Shown here piece by piece: positions 21,534 to 32,515 of a DNA stretch of 64,000 nucleotides. This stretch comes from Marinicella sp. (lineage in GTDB: Bacteria > Pseudomonadota > Gammaproteobacteria > Xanthomonadales > Marinicellaceae): NCBI GenBank assembly GCA_965230295.1, contig OZ246001.1:704001-768000 (forward strand). Direction: 5' to 3'. The notes beneath the pieces are model-generated. The model was given only the letters and a program-made list of their open reading frames with translations. It made no database searches and was not told the origin of the DNA. The translations under genes and the position numbers were made by a program. Within the stretch, counting starts at the first letter, position 1. Each line of letters opens with the position of its first letter.

Positions 21534-22221
21534 TTTGTTCAATCAATCTCAGTACCAGCTCAGTTGATTTTTTTCCAGCTTGTTCAATGTATTGATTGAA
21601 ATTAAGCTGCGCTTCGTGACCAGCCACATCGGATAAGTTCCTCAATACCAGAAAATCAATACCGTGCATGTAACAGACTTGCGCAACAGCTGCCGCTTCC
21701 ATTTCACAGGCCACCACATGCTCAAACCTGTCCTTGATTTGAGCGACTTGGTGGTCATGATAGATGAACGACTCACCAGTTGCTATGGTTCCAATATGAT
21801 GGTTATCATTTAAATCATCAGCCACTTGATCCAACAACCTTAACCATTTACTTTTTACGGGGTAATAAATGGGCAACCTGGGTAATTCACCAAATTCAAA
21901 GCCTATCGGGCTGACATCAATGTCATGGTGACAAACCCGCTCTGCGAACACAAAATCTCCAACTTCAGCGGATCTTTTGATGCCACCTGCCGATCCGGTA
22001 TTGATGACCAAATCAGGTTTAAATTCTCTGGCCAGCCATTCAGCAGCAAGTGCAGCATTGACTTTGCCAATGCCAGATTCCATCAGACAAACCTGATGGC
22101 CTGCCCATTCGCCCATGGTGATTTTGATGTCCAGGTACTGACTGTTGCTGGTGGATTCCAATTGAGCCCGAAAAAATTCGCATTCCAGGTGCATGGCACC
22201 TATCAGGCCAATCCGGCTCAT
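21520..22221 (-). CDS. mtnN: 5'-methylthioadenosine/S-adenosylhomocysteine nucleosidase
   Basis: IGLIGAM, SGIGKVNAA, NTGSAGG, CEMEAAAVAQ, RNLSD. Confidence 0.93.
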   Translation of the reverse strand: MSRIGLIGAMHLECEFFRAQLESTSNSQYLDIKITMGEWAGHQVCLMESGIGKVNAALAAEWLAREFKPDLVINTGSAGGIKRSAEVGDFVFAERVCHHDIDVSPIGFEFGELPRLPIYYPVKSKWLRLLDQVADDLNDNHHIGTIATGESFIYHDHQVAQIKDRFEHVVACEMEAAAVAQVCYMHGIDFLVLRNLSDVAGHEAQLNFNQYIEQAGKKSTELVLRLIEQINPV

Positions 22222-23051
22222 GCTTCCCCGCGCATTAATTTTTGCAGCTGTTCACCAGGGTTGGCATGCCGCATGAACGATTCTCCAATGAGGAATGTGT
22301 GGATATCCAGATCTTCCAGGAATTCAATGTCAGCGCTACGGTGTATCCCACTTTCGCTGACCACAATGCGTTTCTGTCCTGGGTGATTATCTATCACATG
22401 CTTCAAGTTTTGACTGGTTTCCAAACTGGTTTCAAACGTTTTCAAATTTCTGTTATTGATGCCAATCAATTGTGCAGGTGTAGCCAGGGCACGATGCAAT
22501 TCGCCCAGATCATGGACTTCCATCAACACATCCATGCCTAACCTCACCGCCAGATTGTAAAGCGTTGACAAGCTGTCATCGTCCAAGCAGGCCACTATCA
22601 ACAACACACAATCGGCACCCATGGCCTTGGATTGATATATTTGCCAAGGGTCAATCATGAAGTCCTTTCGTAAAACAGGCAAGTTTACGGCATCACGAAC
22701 CTGAATGAGGTATTCATCGCTGCCTTTAAAATATTGTTGGTCAGTTAATACGGATAAACAACTGGCTCCTCCCTGCAGGTAGGACTGTGCAATTTCTACC
22801 GGATTAAAATCTTCCCGAATGACACCTTTAGATGGTGAAGCTTTTTTAACTTCTGCAATCACAGCCGGTAAGTTTTGCTTCTGCTTTGCTTCAATGGCGC
22901 GGATAAAACCACGACAAGGCATTTGTTGATCAATGATCTTTCTGAAGTCATCAAAAGACTGCTGTTGTTGACCCATGGCCACTTCTTGTCTTTTGGTGGC
23001 TACTATTTTGTCCAGTACATTGGATTTTTTTTGCATGTTATATGGGTCCAT
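22218..23051 (-). CDS. trpC: indole-3-glycerol-phosphate synthase
   Basis: IAEVKKASPSKG, LSVLTD, LRKDF, GINNRNL, SESGI. Confidence 0.97.
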   Translation of the reverse strand: MDPYNMQKKSNVLDKIVATKRQEVAMGQQQQSFDDFRKIIDQQMPCRGFIRAIEAKQKQNLPAVIAEVKKASPSKGVIREDFNPVEIAQSYLQGGASCLSVLTDQQYFKGSDEYLIQVRDAVNLPVLRKDFMIDPWQIYQSKAMGADCVLLIVACLDDDSLSTLYNLAVRLGMDVLMEVHDLGELHRALATPAQLIGINNRNLKTFETSLETSQNLKHVIDNHPGQKRIVVSESGIHRSADIEFLEDLDIHTFLIGESFMRHANPGEQLQKLMRGEA

Positions 23052-23066
23052 AATTGACCTCCCAAC

Positions 23067-24095
23067 TCATTGATAAGTTTGTGTGTATCTTGCCAATTGT
23101 TGTAATAATTGCCAAGCGGCACCTGATTGCATAACCTCTTGAGCTTTTGAGACACCGCTTTTCATGTCTACGGCCTTACCAGCCACATAAATGGCAGCTC
23201 CTGCATTCAAAGCCAAGATATCAGCAGCCGGACCTGGCTGCCCGGTCAAAGCCTGTTTGATCAGCTCAAGACTTTGTTGCGAGTCATCTACCACCAAATC
23301 ATTGATCGACTGCTTGCTGACACCAAAATCTTCAGGCTCAATGCTGTATTCGCTGATTTCACCATTTTTCAATTCGGCCACATCAGTGGCAGCCGCTAAC
23401 GAAACTTCGTCCATGCCATCTTGAGAATGTACCACCATGACATGTTTGGCACCCAATTCTCGCAGCACTTCGGCAGCTGTTCTGACCCATTGTTTGGCAA
23501 AGATTCCCATCACTTGAAAAGGGGTGTCTGCCGGGTTGGTCAATGGTCCCAACAAATTAAACATGGTCCTGACCGCCAACTCTTTCCTTGGGCCCACTGC
23601 ATATTTTGTGGCGCCATGATGCGCGGGGGCAAACAAAAAACCAATGTTATATCGCTCTATACAGTCAGCCACTTGACTTGCATCCAAGGTCAAATTCATT
23701 CCTGCCGCTTCCAATACATCGGCGGAACCCGTTGAAGATGACACCGATCGGTTACCATGTTTGGCCACCCGACAGCCAGCTGCCGCAGCAATAAAAGCCA
23801 CGGCGGTTGATACATTGAAAATGCCAACACCATCACCACCGGTACCACAGGTATCGATCAAATGATCTTTGCTGACCGACACTTTGACCGCTCTGTAGCG
23901 CATCACTTTGGCGGCTGCGGTGATTTGTTCAACGGTTTCACCATTGAGCTTCAAAGCCATCAACAACCCACCAATTTGCGCTGGAGTGGCATTGCCATCC
24001 ATAATTTGATTCATCACAGCAGTCATGCTGTCGGCTAGAAGCGGTTGTTGTTCGCCCAACAAATCCAAGGCGGTTTGTATTGGTGATTTATTCAT
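23067..24095 (-). CDS. trpD: anthranilate phosphoribosyltransferase
   Basis: DTCGTGGDG, NVST, KHGNRSVSS, GPLTNP, DGMDE. Confidence 0.97.
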   Translation of the reverse strand: MNKSPIQTALDLLGEQQPLLADSMTAVMNQIMDGNATPAQIGGLLMALKLNGETVEQITAAAKVMRYRAVKVSVSKDHLIDTCGTGGDGVGIFNVSTAVAFIAAAAGCRVAKHGNRSVSSSTGSADVLEAAGMNLTLDASQVADCIERYNIGFLFAPAHHGATKYAVGPRKELAVRTMFNLLGPLTNPADTPFQVMGIFAKQWVRTAAEVLRELGAKHVMVVHSQDGMDEVSLAAATDVAELKNGEISEYSIEPEDFGVSKQSINDLVVDDSQQSLELIKQALTGQPGPAADILALNAGAAIYVAGKAVDMKSGVSKAQEVMQSGAAWQLLQQLARYTQTYQ

Positions 24096-24121
24096 CTTTA
24101 TTGAGTCGATATAAGGGTTAG

Positions 24122-24703
24122 TCAGAATTGTGTTAAAAAGTTTTGTAGCATTTGGTGACCATGTTCAGTCAGGATACTTTCAGGATGAAACTGTACCCCA
24201 GACATGGCATAATCCCTGTGTCTGAATCCCATGATTTCATCAAACTCCCCATCTTCTGTTTCAGTCCAAGCAGTGATTTCTAAACAGTCTGGCAAAGTAT
24301 TTCTGTCAACCACCAGAGAATGATACCGTGTGGCGTTGAATGGATGGGCCAAACCAGTAAACACATCGTTGTTGTTGTGGTGTACAGCAGAAATTTTACC
24401 GTGCATGATGGTCTTGGCAGCCACCACGTCTCCACCAAAAACTTGACCAATGGATTGGTGTCCCAAGCAAACGCCTAACAAGGGTATGTTACCTGCACAT
24501 GCCTTGATCAGCTCCATAGAGATGCCAGCCATATCAGGGTTCCTTGGCCCAGGTGAAATGACCACATGATCGGGTTTAAGAGCCAATGCTTGTTCCACTG
24601 TGATTTCATCGTTACGATAAACTTTAACTTCACAGTTCAGTTCACCGAAATATTGAACCAAGTTATAGGTAAATGAATCGTAATTATCAAGCATCAACAA
24701 CAT
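24122..24703 (-). CDS. trpG: anthranilate synthase component II (glutamine amidotransferase)
   Basis: [32 protein letters not shown]. Confidence 0.95.
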   Translation of the reverse strand: MLLMLDNYDSFTYNLVQYFGELNCEVKVYRNDEITVEQALALKPDHVVISPGPRNPDMAGISMELIKACAGNIPLLGVCLGHQSIGQVFGGDVVAAKTIMHGKISAVHHNNNDVFTGLAHPFNATRYHSLVVDRNTLPDCLEITAWTETEDGEFDEIMGFRHRDYAMSGVQFHPESILTEHGHQMLQNFLTQF

Positions 24704-24758
24704 CTGATGTGTCCGGTCAAAACTGGCATTGTACAGAAATTTTTCAACGGGTGAAATT

Positions 24759-24785
24759 AAAAACGGCCTCTTTGAGGCCGTTTTT
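24759..24785 (-). terminator. Rho-independent terminator after the TonB-dependent receptor
   Basis: AAAAACGGCCTC-TTT-GAGGCCGTTTTT. Confidence 0.85.
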
Positions 24786-24811
24786 CATATCTAAACTGAA
24801 GCCATGGCTTA

Positions 24812-27730
24812 TTAAAACTTAATGGTCGCCCTGACATAGCCAAACTGTCCTTCTCCATCATAAGTTGATGGGTCGTAACCGTTAAGCGAACAACTGAAAC
24901 AAGTGGGTGGCTGTTTATCAGTCACATTGTTGACACCCGCTTCAAGCTGCACGTTATTCCATTCAGGGAAAATCACCTGTAAATCATGGAACGTGGTACC
25001 ACCTAAGCTGTTGGTTCCAGCCGCTTCATCACTACACAAACCTTGACCAATCAAGAACCCTGCACAGTTTTCAGTCAGGCCATTGATGTACCTTGAACCC
25101 CAGGTGATCTTCCAATCTCGGTAGTTAAGGGTCGTGAACAGGTTAGAATTCCAGTCCGGAATACCCGAATCATTGACTTCGATACCATCCAAATCACGTG
25201 GTGCAAAACCTGATGGAAAATTAACCAAATCATTGGTTGGGTTAAACTCGGTATATTCATTAACAAAAGAATTGTTCCAACTGGCCTGGATATACCCCCA
25301 ATCATAGGTTGGAGATGTCCAATTGACGTTGAAATCCACACCTGAGGTTTCAATCGAACCAATGTTGGTCAATTGTGTACTGAAGTTTTGAATGTTTCCA
25401 TTGGGGTCACGATTAAAGGCATTACATAAAATGCTTGATGCATTGGCTGCACACGAATCTAAAATAAACTGTGCGTCAACAGATTGAATCGCTCCATCGA
25501 CTTCGATGTCGTAATACGTGACTTCAAAATCCAAACTGTTGGACCAACTGGTGTCATCTGCCCATTCTGGTGAATAAACAAAACCTAAAGTCAACGTCTC
25601 GGCTTCTTCGGGTGACAATGCCGGATTACCTCCGGTGATGGTTGAAATCTGTGGATTGATCTGTTGGTAAGTATTGGGAACGCCGGCACAACCAGGTAAG
25701 TTAGGAGTTATAAAATTACCAGGATTTTGCGGATCAGGAATCGCATTACAAGGATCATTCAATTGTGCATCAAAACGAGCCTGGGTGCCAAATAATTCCC
25801 CAATTGAGGGTGCTCTTAAACCTTCAGCAAAGGTGCCCCTGATCATCAAGCTGTTGGTTGGCATGTATTTAAAACCAAATTTACTGGTGGTGTCAGAGCC
25901 TGAAGTGCTGTAATCAGAACTGCGGAATGCCAATGAAAAGTCTAACAATTCTGCAAAACGCTGGTCAGCCAATACCGGCACCAAAAACTCGGCATAAAAT
26001 TCATCCACACTGAATTCACCGGCTGTTGGACTGGCCGGAACACCGTTACTTTCACCAGCAACCACAATTGGATCAGGTTGGAAGAAGCCTGTTTTCTTGC
26101 GGTACTCATATCCGACTGCAACTGACAAAGGCCCAGCCGGTAATTCAACCAAGTCGCCACTGATGTTGGCAGTGAAGTCTGTCAACTCTTGTTCTGAGTT
26201 ATCAGATTGAACAAATGCAATGTAATTCAACATTTCTGGCGTGATGGTGCCTTCACCACCACCTTGACCACCAAAGATGTTCAATGGCACACAACCAGGT
26301 GTGTTGTTACACACATCAACCGGCCCTAAAGCCGTTTCGATTCTGGCAATGTTCAAAGCACCGGTTTTCCGCTGTGACGCTTCGTTTTTGCCATAAACGC
26401 CATTGATGTCCCAGAACCAGTTGCGATCTGCTGCTGTGAATGAACCTTCTAAACCCGTTGAAAAGTAGGTGGTATCAACATTCTGATTGAACACGCGCGG
26501 ACCGGCTTCCAATGGCCTGCGACCAATGAAGCCCTCACCTGTGTAGAATGGGCCGTTTGGATCAAAAATATCGACCCCAAACGGGTTGTATGGGTTACTG
26601 GCTGATATGACGATGTTATCGGCAATGGCACCTGATCCGGCTTCTGGGCCAATGAATATGGGTTCTGGAGCTGCCTGGTTGGTGGATTTTCTGTTGTTAT
26701 AAACACCTTTGACGTACCAGGAAATGTTCTCCGTCAATTCGACCGAAACCTGGCCAAAAATATTGGATCGCTTAGAAGGCGTCACATAATAGTTGAATGG
26801 CGCAAAGTTAAACCGGTCATTGCTGGTAAAAGGGTGAAAATCATCACCACTACAGGGGCTGGATGGATCATAATTAATGGGACCAGTCACACCATCATTC
26901 AGCGTACAATCAATTAAGTTGCCATTGATGTCTCTGACCACAAACCGGCCTTGTGGTGTACCTGAACTCCCACGTGTCACACCGGTGAAAGGCACAGGAA
27001 ACTGTGACAAGAAACGGTCAGCCGCAGAAACTTCCTTTTGATCGGTATAACCCACATTGAGCAACATGTCGACCTTGTCGGTTTGGGTGCCAAAAGTCAG
27101 ATCGAAACTTCCTGTTTCACCATCACCCTCATCAAAAGCACCGGCATAAGCGCGAACTTCAACACCTTGCATGCTTTTTTTGGTGATGATGTTGACCACA
27201 CCAGCTATCGCATCGGCACCGTAAATGGCAGATGCACCGTCTTTCAAAATATCTATGCGTTCAATGATGCCTACAGGAATTGTGTTCATGTCCACAGCAT
27301 TACTGACACCAGAACCCGAACTGCCTGCAACCCAACGCAGGCCATCTACCAACACCAACACCCGACCCGGGTCCAAATGACGCATATCAACTTGAGTGGC
27401 ACCGGCACCAATACCGCCGCCGTTGGCTGGGAAACCAAAGTTTCCACTGGAATTGAAACGCGTGTTCAATGCCGAACCCGACTGGGTCAATTGTTGTAGG
27501 ATGTCACCTACCGATGTTAAACCTGAACGATCAATGTCTTCACGAGATATGGTTTGGGTAGGCTCGATGCCTTCTATTTGTGATTGTCTGATGCGTGAAC
27601 CTGTGACTTGTACTTTGCCCAATTCTTCGACTGAATCGTCTTGAGCCAACACCAATGACGGTGCCGTCACACAACTTAAACTGATGCACAAAGCCGACGC
27701 CAGCTTGGTGCGCTTGAATTTATTTTTCAT
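24812..27730 (-). CDS. TonB-dependent outer membrane receptor
   Basis: Signal peptide, VQVTGSRI TonB box, plug [37 protein letters not shown]-terminal F; 972 aa. Confidence 0.95.
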   Translation of the reverse strand: MKNKFKRTKLASALCISLSCVTAPSLVLAQDDSVEELGKVQVTGSRIRQSQIEGIEPTQTISREDIDRSGLTSVGDILQQLTQSGSALNTRFNSSGNFGFPANGGGIGAGATQVDMRHLDPGRVLVLVDGLRWVAGSSGSGVSNAVDMNTIPVGIIERIDILKDGASAIYGADAIAGVVNIITKKSMQGVEVRAYAGAFDEGDGETGSFDLTFGTQTDKVDMLLNVGYTDQKEVSAADRFLSQFPVPFTGVTRGSSGTPQGRFVVRDINGNLIDCTLNDGVTGPINYDPSSPCSGDDFHPFTSNDRFNFAPFNYYVTPSKRSNIFGQVSVELTENISWYVKGVYNNRKSTNQAAPEPIFIGPEAGSGAIADNIVISASNPYNPFGVDIFDPNGPFYTGEGFIGRRPLEAGPRVFNQNVDTTYFSTGLEGSFTAADRNWFWDINGVYGKNEASQRKTGALNIARIETALGPVDVCNNTPGCVPLNIFGGQGGGEGTITPEMLNYIAFVQSDNSEQELTDFTANISGDLVELPAGPLSVAVGYEYRKKTGFFQPDPIVVAGESNGVPASPTAGEFSVDEFYAEFLVPVLADQRFAELLDFSLAFRSSDYSTSGSDTTSKFGFKYMPTNSLMIRGTFAEGLRAPSIGELFGTQARFDAQLNDPCNAIPDPQNPGNFITPNLPGCAGVPNTYQQINPQISTITGGNPALSPEEAETLTLGFVYSPEWADDTSWSNSLDFEVTYYDIEVDGAIQSVDAQFILDSCAANASSILCNAFNRDPNGNIQNFSTQLTNIGSIETSGVDFNVNWTSPTYDWGYIQASWNNSFVNEYTEFNPTNDLVNFPSGFAPRDLDGIEVNDSGIPDWNSNLFTTLNYRDWKITWGSRYINGLTENCAGFLIGQGLCSDEAAGTNSLGGTTFHDLQVIFPEWNNVQLEAGVNNVTDKQPPTCFSCSLNGYDPSTYDGEGQFGYVRATIKF

Positions 27731-27979
27731 TTTAATCCCTCTGAGTTACTTGATATAGTTATATTTGTAATGATAGAAATCTCATTGTTATTTTTGCACA
27801 AAAAATCATGTACAAAAACTCACCAATGAGCGCAACAAATATATTTGAAAGTGGAAACTTTTACAATGCAATTTTGGACTAATTTGCTGCACTCATGATT
27901 TCAATATCATGGATCATTACGCATTACTTTTTTGTGAATCAGTTCACTGCTTGTAAAATCGAAGCACAATTTTACGGGA

Positions 27980-29452
27980 CTATAATCCTTTGGTGGCTTG
28001 TTCAACCGCTTTGAATACAGCTTTAGATTTGTTCATGATTTCCTGCCACTCATTTTCGGCCGTACTGTCAGCCACAATGCCAGCACCTGCCTGGACATGC
28101 AATTCTTGATCTTTGATCACTGCAGTGCGAATTGCAATGGCCATATCCATGTCACCATGCCAACCCCAATAACCCACTGCACCAGCATACACATTGCGTT
28201 TTACTTTTTCTAATTCGGCAATCACCTCCATGGCCCTGACTTTTGCTGCACCCGATAAGGTGCCGGCCGGGAATACCGCTTTGATGATGTCGGCATTGGT
28301 TTTGCCCGTCTGTAACTGACCTCGTATTTCTGAAACAATGTGCATCACATGTGAATAATGCTCAATGATCATTTTATCCTTTAATACAACAGTACCAATC
28401 TCAGCGATACGTCCTACATCATTGCGACCCAAATCAATCAACATCAAATGCTCTGCAATTTCTTTGGGATCATTCAACAAGTCCATTTCCAAAGCCTTGT
28501 CTTCTTCAGGCGTTTTTCCCCTGGGCCGCGTACCTGCAATGGGGCGCAAGGTCACTTCATCATCGATGCGGCGCACCAAAACTTCAGGGGAAGAACCCAC
28601 CACCTGATACTCACCAAAGTCCATAAAATACATATACGGACTTGGGTTTGATGCCCTCAAGGCTCGATAAACATCCAAGGGTCTGGCATTGAACCTGGTT
28701 GAAATTCGTTGCGACAACACCACTTGCATGATGTCACCCGATTCGATGTAGGCTTTACACTTGTCGATCGCCACATTGAATTCATCCTGAGTAAAACCCG
28801 TCTTAAAATCTGTGGTGTTGATGCTGTTTTGGTTGATCATCTCAGCGTAACCGGTGGTTCCGGAACGCAGGCGATGGGTCAGGTCATTGAGTCGTTTGCT
28901 GCCTTTTTCATAGGCCAATTCTTCATTCGGGTCAACATGCACAATCAACCACACTTTGCCCGCCAGATTATCGAACACGGCAATGTCTTCAGCCAACATC
29001 ATGTTGATGTCAGGTATGTGTAGCCGATCCTCAGGGGCCAATCCTTTCAGCTTAGGCTCAATCTGTTCAATGATTTCATAGCCGAAATAGCCCACCAATC
29101 CGCCATTGAATGCGGGTAATTCTTCAATTTCCGGCACTTGATATCTGGCCTTGATGGTTTCAACTTGTTGCAACACATCATCGACCTCATATTCATCGAT
29201 CAAGGTGTCGTATGCAAATTCCCGAAATTGGCGACCATAGACTTGGAAGCGAAAATTGGCTGATAAGCCGATGATTGAATAACGTCCCCAACGAGCACCA
29301 CCCTCCACCGACTCCAACAAAAATGTGTGTTTGCCGTTGGCCAGTTTCAACCAGGCACTTAACGGCGTATCTAAATCAGCTGAAATACATTGATACAAGG
29401 GTATGCGGTTGTGGCCTGCTGCTGCCAGTTGGTTGAATCTTTCTTTTTTCAT
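27980..29452 (-). CDS. trpE: anthranilate synthase component I
   Basis: DLDTP, LLESVEG, GGLVGYFGY, NPSPYM, RPIAGT, EHLMLIDLGRND, PAGTLSGA. Confidence 0.96.
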   Translation of the reverse strand: MKKERFNQLAAAGHNRIPLYQCISADLDTPLSAWLKLANGKHTFLLESVEGGARWGRYSIIGLSANFRFQVYGRQFREFAYDTLIDEYEVDDVLQQVETIKARYQVPEIEELPAFNGGLVGYFGYEIIEQIEPKLKGLAPEDRLHIPDINMMLAEDIAVFDNLAGKVWLIVHVDPNEELAYEKGSKRLNDLTHRLRSGTTGYAEMINQNSINTTDFKTGFTQDEFNVAIDKCKAYIESGDIMQVVLSQRISTRFNARPLDVYRALRASNPSPYMYFMDFGEYQVVGSSPEVLVRRIDDEVTLRPIAGTRPRGKTPEEDKALEMDLLNDPKEIAEHLMLIDLGRNDVGRIAEIGTVVLKDKMIIEHYSHVMHIVSEIRGQLQTGKTNADIIKAVFPAGTLSGAAKVRAMEVIAELEKVKRNVYAGAVGYWGWHGDMDMAIAIRTAVIKDQELHVQAGAGIVADSTAENEWQEIMNKSKAVFKAVEQATKGL

Positions 29453-29655
29453 GGGTTATTAGAAATCATGCATTGGTCTTAAGCGGTATCTTACATCTTG
29501 ATATGGCAGCTGCAAACCTTATTTATTCAACATTATTAAAAAGACATGGTGCCAGCTGAGACAGTGCGGTGCTGTGAAGTTTTTTTTAACTCAATCACAA
29601 TTGCCGTCCTTCAGATCCATTACAATGTATCACCAATTAATCCACCTGAGTTCAT

Positions 29656-30903
29656 GTGATGACAAAATTCCTGATTATGCCACTTTGGATTTTGCTCAGC
29701 CAATCCGTAGATGCCAAGCCTCGCTGTGAGCTCATTGCAGGACAAGCAGAGAATGCCAACCAAAACTGGGTTTGGCAATGGCAAGATAAACACCTGCGGT
29801 GTTCGCTACCAAACGCTGAAACCACCCGTCAAGGTTTTGACATGGCTAATTTGTTGATCATCAGAGGACATGGCAAAAACATCAACACCGACAAATACCA
29901 GATCATTCATCGCGCTCATGGCTATCATTTGGTTCTGAATTTGGGCCATAACAACGAACAAAGCCATTCACACAATCACCACTTGGATTTCATTCCTTTA
30001 ACCGATTTCAAGGGCATCAAAAAAGCATCACCATCATTAAAAAAACCCGCCCTGCGCAACGTGCAAAATTTAGTCAACCAAGTGGATGCCAGTCGTTGGC
30101 GTGATGATGTCACCACTTTAAGTTCTTGGTCAAGGAGAACCGGCGAAAGTGGCAATGTGGCTGCTGCCAACTGGATTGAGACAAAACTGACCAACCTGGG
30201 CTACCAAACCAGTCAGCAACCCTTCCAGGTGGGCCAAACCCCCACCAACAACATCATTGGCATCAAACCAGGCATGACCAGACCCGATGATTGGTATTTG
30301 GTTGGCGCACACATGGATTCGGTACCTTCAGGCAATGCGCCTGGAGCCGTCGACAATGCCAGTGGTTGTGCAGCCACCTTAGAAATGGCGCAAATTGCGA
30401 GTGTATATCAGTTTGAAGGCACACTGATATTCATGTGTTTTTCTGGAGAAGAACAAGGACTGATTGGCAGTGAATACCATGCCGACAGCTTGATCAATGG
30501 CGAGGATGACGACAAAATCAAATTGGCGCTGACCTTAGATATGGTTGGCTATACCAGCAACAGTGATCATGAACTGCTGATTGAGTCTTCTTCAACCTAT
30601 CAGCCACTGATGAATGAAATGGCACAATACGCTGCCACTTATGCACCCGGGTTAACCGTTTATACCAGCACCAACTATTTTGGGTCTGACCATGTGTCAT
30701 ATATCGACAATGGTATGCCAGGTATATTATCCATAGATGATGATTGGAACGTATACCCCGCCTACCACCAAAGCAATGACTTGCCGGAAAACATCAACTT
30801 GACTCAAGGCGAATACATCATCAAGACCAACATGGCAACACTGGTGGAAAAAGCTGTTGTCATGGGTTCGTTTGATTTGATTTTTGCAGACGACTTTGAC
30901 TGA
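29656..30903 (+). CDS. secreted M28 family aminopeptidase with C-terminal DLIFADDFD tail
   Basis: Signal peptide; GAHMDS, GAVDNASG, SGEEQGLIGS, LDMVGY, SDH, YH. Confidence 0.9.
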   Translation: MMTKFLIMPLWILLSQSVDAKPRCELIAGQAENANQNWVWQWQDKHLRCSLPNAETTRQGFDMANLLIIRGHGKNINTDKYQIIHRAHGYHLVLNLGHNNEQSHSHNHHLDFIPLTDFKGIKKASPSLKKPALRNVQNLVNQVDASRWRDDVTTLSSWSRRTGESGNVAAANWIETKLTNLGYQTSQQPFQVGQTPTNNIIGIKPGMTRPDDWYLVGAHMDSVPSGNAPGAVDNASGCAATLEMAQIASVYQFEGTLIFMCFSGEEQGLIGSEYHADSLINGEDDDKIKLALTLDMVGYTSNSDHELLIESSSTYQPLMNEMAQYAATYAPGLTVYTSTNYFGSDHVSYIDNGMPGILSIDDDWNVYPAYHQSNDLPENINLTQGEYIIKTNMATLVEKAVVMGSFDLIFADDFD

Positions 30904-30907
30904 TTAT

Positions 30908-31582
30908 TCAATCAGAATAGTCATACGCCCCACCTTTTTCTAATGCCTTTTGGTATGCAGGGCGTGCTTGAAACTCCCTGACAAAGCGGTAAACATGCGG
31001 ATGTGAAGACTTGGTTATTGAACCTTTGGCCACACTGGCTTCTAAAGGAAAAGACATCTGAATATCGGCACCACTGATTTGATCACCCGTAAAGTACGCT
31101 TGTTTGGCCAAATGATCTTCTACGTATTGAAAATGATTAACAATGTTGGGCGTCACAAACGAATCCATCACTTTATTGGCAATGGCCCTGGCAACGGGCT
31201 TCACAAAAAAAGGCATGGGACTGGTTTTGACCTTATCAAATACAATTTTCAGTAACAAAGGCGACATCATAGATCCTTCTGCATAATGCAGCCAGTACAT
31301 GTATGCCTGATAACGTTTTGAATTGCGTCTTGGCACCCATTCCCCAGCCCCGTATTTGTGCCCCAAGTAATCGATGATGGCTCCGGATTCTGCCAACACC
31401 TGATCACCATCTGTGACCACCGGAGACTTTCCTAAGGGGTGAATTTTTTTCAGTGATTCTGGAGCCAATTGAGTTTTGGCATCGCGTTCATAAAATTTAA
31501 TCTCATAATCAACACCCAATTCTTCAAGCAACCAAAGGATACGTTGTGACCGGGAGTTATTTAAGTGATGAACTGTGAGCAT
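30908..31582 (-). CDS. glutathione S-transferase
   Basis: HHLNNSRSQRILWLLEEL, HPLGKSP, ESGAI, ADIQMSF. Confidence 0.93.
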   Translation of the reverse strand: MLTVHHLNNSRSQRILWLLEELGVDYEIKFYERDAKTQLAPESLKKIHPLGKSPVVTDGDQVLAESGAIIDYLGHKYGAGEWVPRRNSKRYQAYMYWLHYAEGSMMSPLLLKIVFDKVKTSPMPFFVKPVARAIANKVMDSFVTPNIVNHFQYVEDHLAKQAYFTGDQISGADIQMSFPLEASVAKGSITKSSHPHVYRFVREFQARPAYQKALEKGGAYDYSD

Positions 31583-31644
31583 AATATATAACGATTGTTG
31601 AATGGTTCGAGTTTACCACCAATGATGTCAAAAAAGGTTCAACG

Positions 31645-32001
31645 CTACCCTTTGATCTCAGCATTGCCCACGTTATAAAAAGAACGAATGGACTTGATCA
31701 GTTCACCTTCCAGTTCATACCACTCACAAACCTCCATGGATAAACCGGTCAATTCATTGTTCTGATGGAACTGAACACACACCTGACGGCCTTGCTTGAT
31801 GTGTTTCAAAACTGTTAACTCATTACCTAAGAAATCATCTTTGTTCTTACTGACTATATCCAAATAAGTTTGTTTTGATTCGATGGTACCGAAGGGACTG
31901 GTGTGTTTGAAATCATCGGCGATTGGCAAATCATCGACCTGCCCTGAATTCCAACAATCAAACCATTTTTGTACCACTGGGTCAATTTCGATTGCATGCA
32001 T
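31645..32001 (-). CDS. SnoaL-like/NTF2 superfamily protein
   Basis: 118 aa; WF..WN, ADDF.H.SP, G..IKSIRSFY pattern. Confidence 0.75.
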   Translation of the reverse strand: MHAIEIDPVVQKWFDCWNSGQVDDLPIADDFKHTSPFGTIESKQTYLDIVSKNKDDFLGNELTVLKHIKQGRQVCVQFHQNNELTGLSMEVCEWYELEGELIKSIRSFYNVGNAEIKG

Positions 32002-32029
32002 GGCGCTCTCCTGTTTGTGACATTCCCCT

Positions 32030-32491
32030 CTATTCTAACGCAGACAATAACCGCAGAATTTCTCTGCGCATCAGATCGATGCCTTCATCAATGGCTGCTT
32101 TGCTTTTGGATTCAGCATGTAACGTCGACCAATGGGTATTCCATGATGCCGCCAAGTGATTGGCCGCTTCACGGGTTGTTTCAGGTAACACCATCGCCAG
32201 GTCCTGAATGGTCAGTACATAGGTCCAACCCAAACGGGGGTTACCCTGTACTTTGAGGTCTTGTTCATAGTGGTTGTAAAACACCACTTGTTGCAGTTCG
32301 TTGATTTTTAAAATGATTTCAAAAGCAGCCTGGCGCTGGTTGCGGTTGTCTTCTGACAATTCATTGCGCCATGAGTTGTATGACAAACTGGAAATCGCTA
32401 TCACCAAACTGATGATGGCTATGGCATTGTCTTTGATTTGGCTTTTGATGCTGGTATGCTCTGGTTTTTCGGTTTGATCACTCATAGACAA
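32030..32491 (-). CDS. hypothetical membrane-anchored protein
   Basis: 153 aa; N-terminal TM AIAIISLVIAISSL followed by a helical domain. Confidence 0.65.
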   Translation of the reverse strand: MSMSDQTEKPEHTSIKSQIKDNAIAIISLVIAISSLSYNSWRNELSEDNRNQRQAAFEIILKINELQQVVFYNHYEQDLKVQGNPRLGWTYVLTIQDLAMVLPETTREAANHLAASWNTHWSTLHAESKSKAAIDEGIDLMRREILRLLSALE

Positions 32492-32515
32492 CTAGACCTG
32501 CTCATAAGTAAAAAA

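Noticed and set aside
29453-29655. trp attenuator/leader peptide upstream of trpE
   Set aside because: The short minus-strand ORFs I read contain no Trp codons and there is no terminator hairpin
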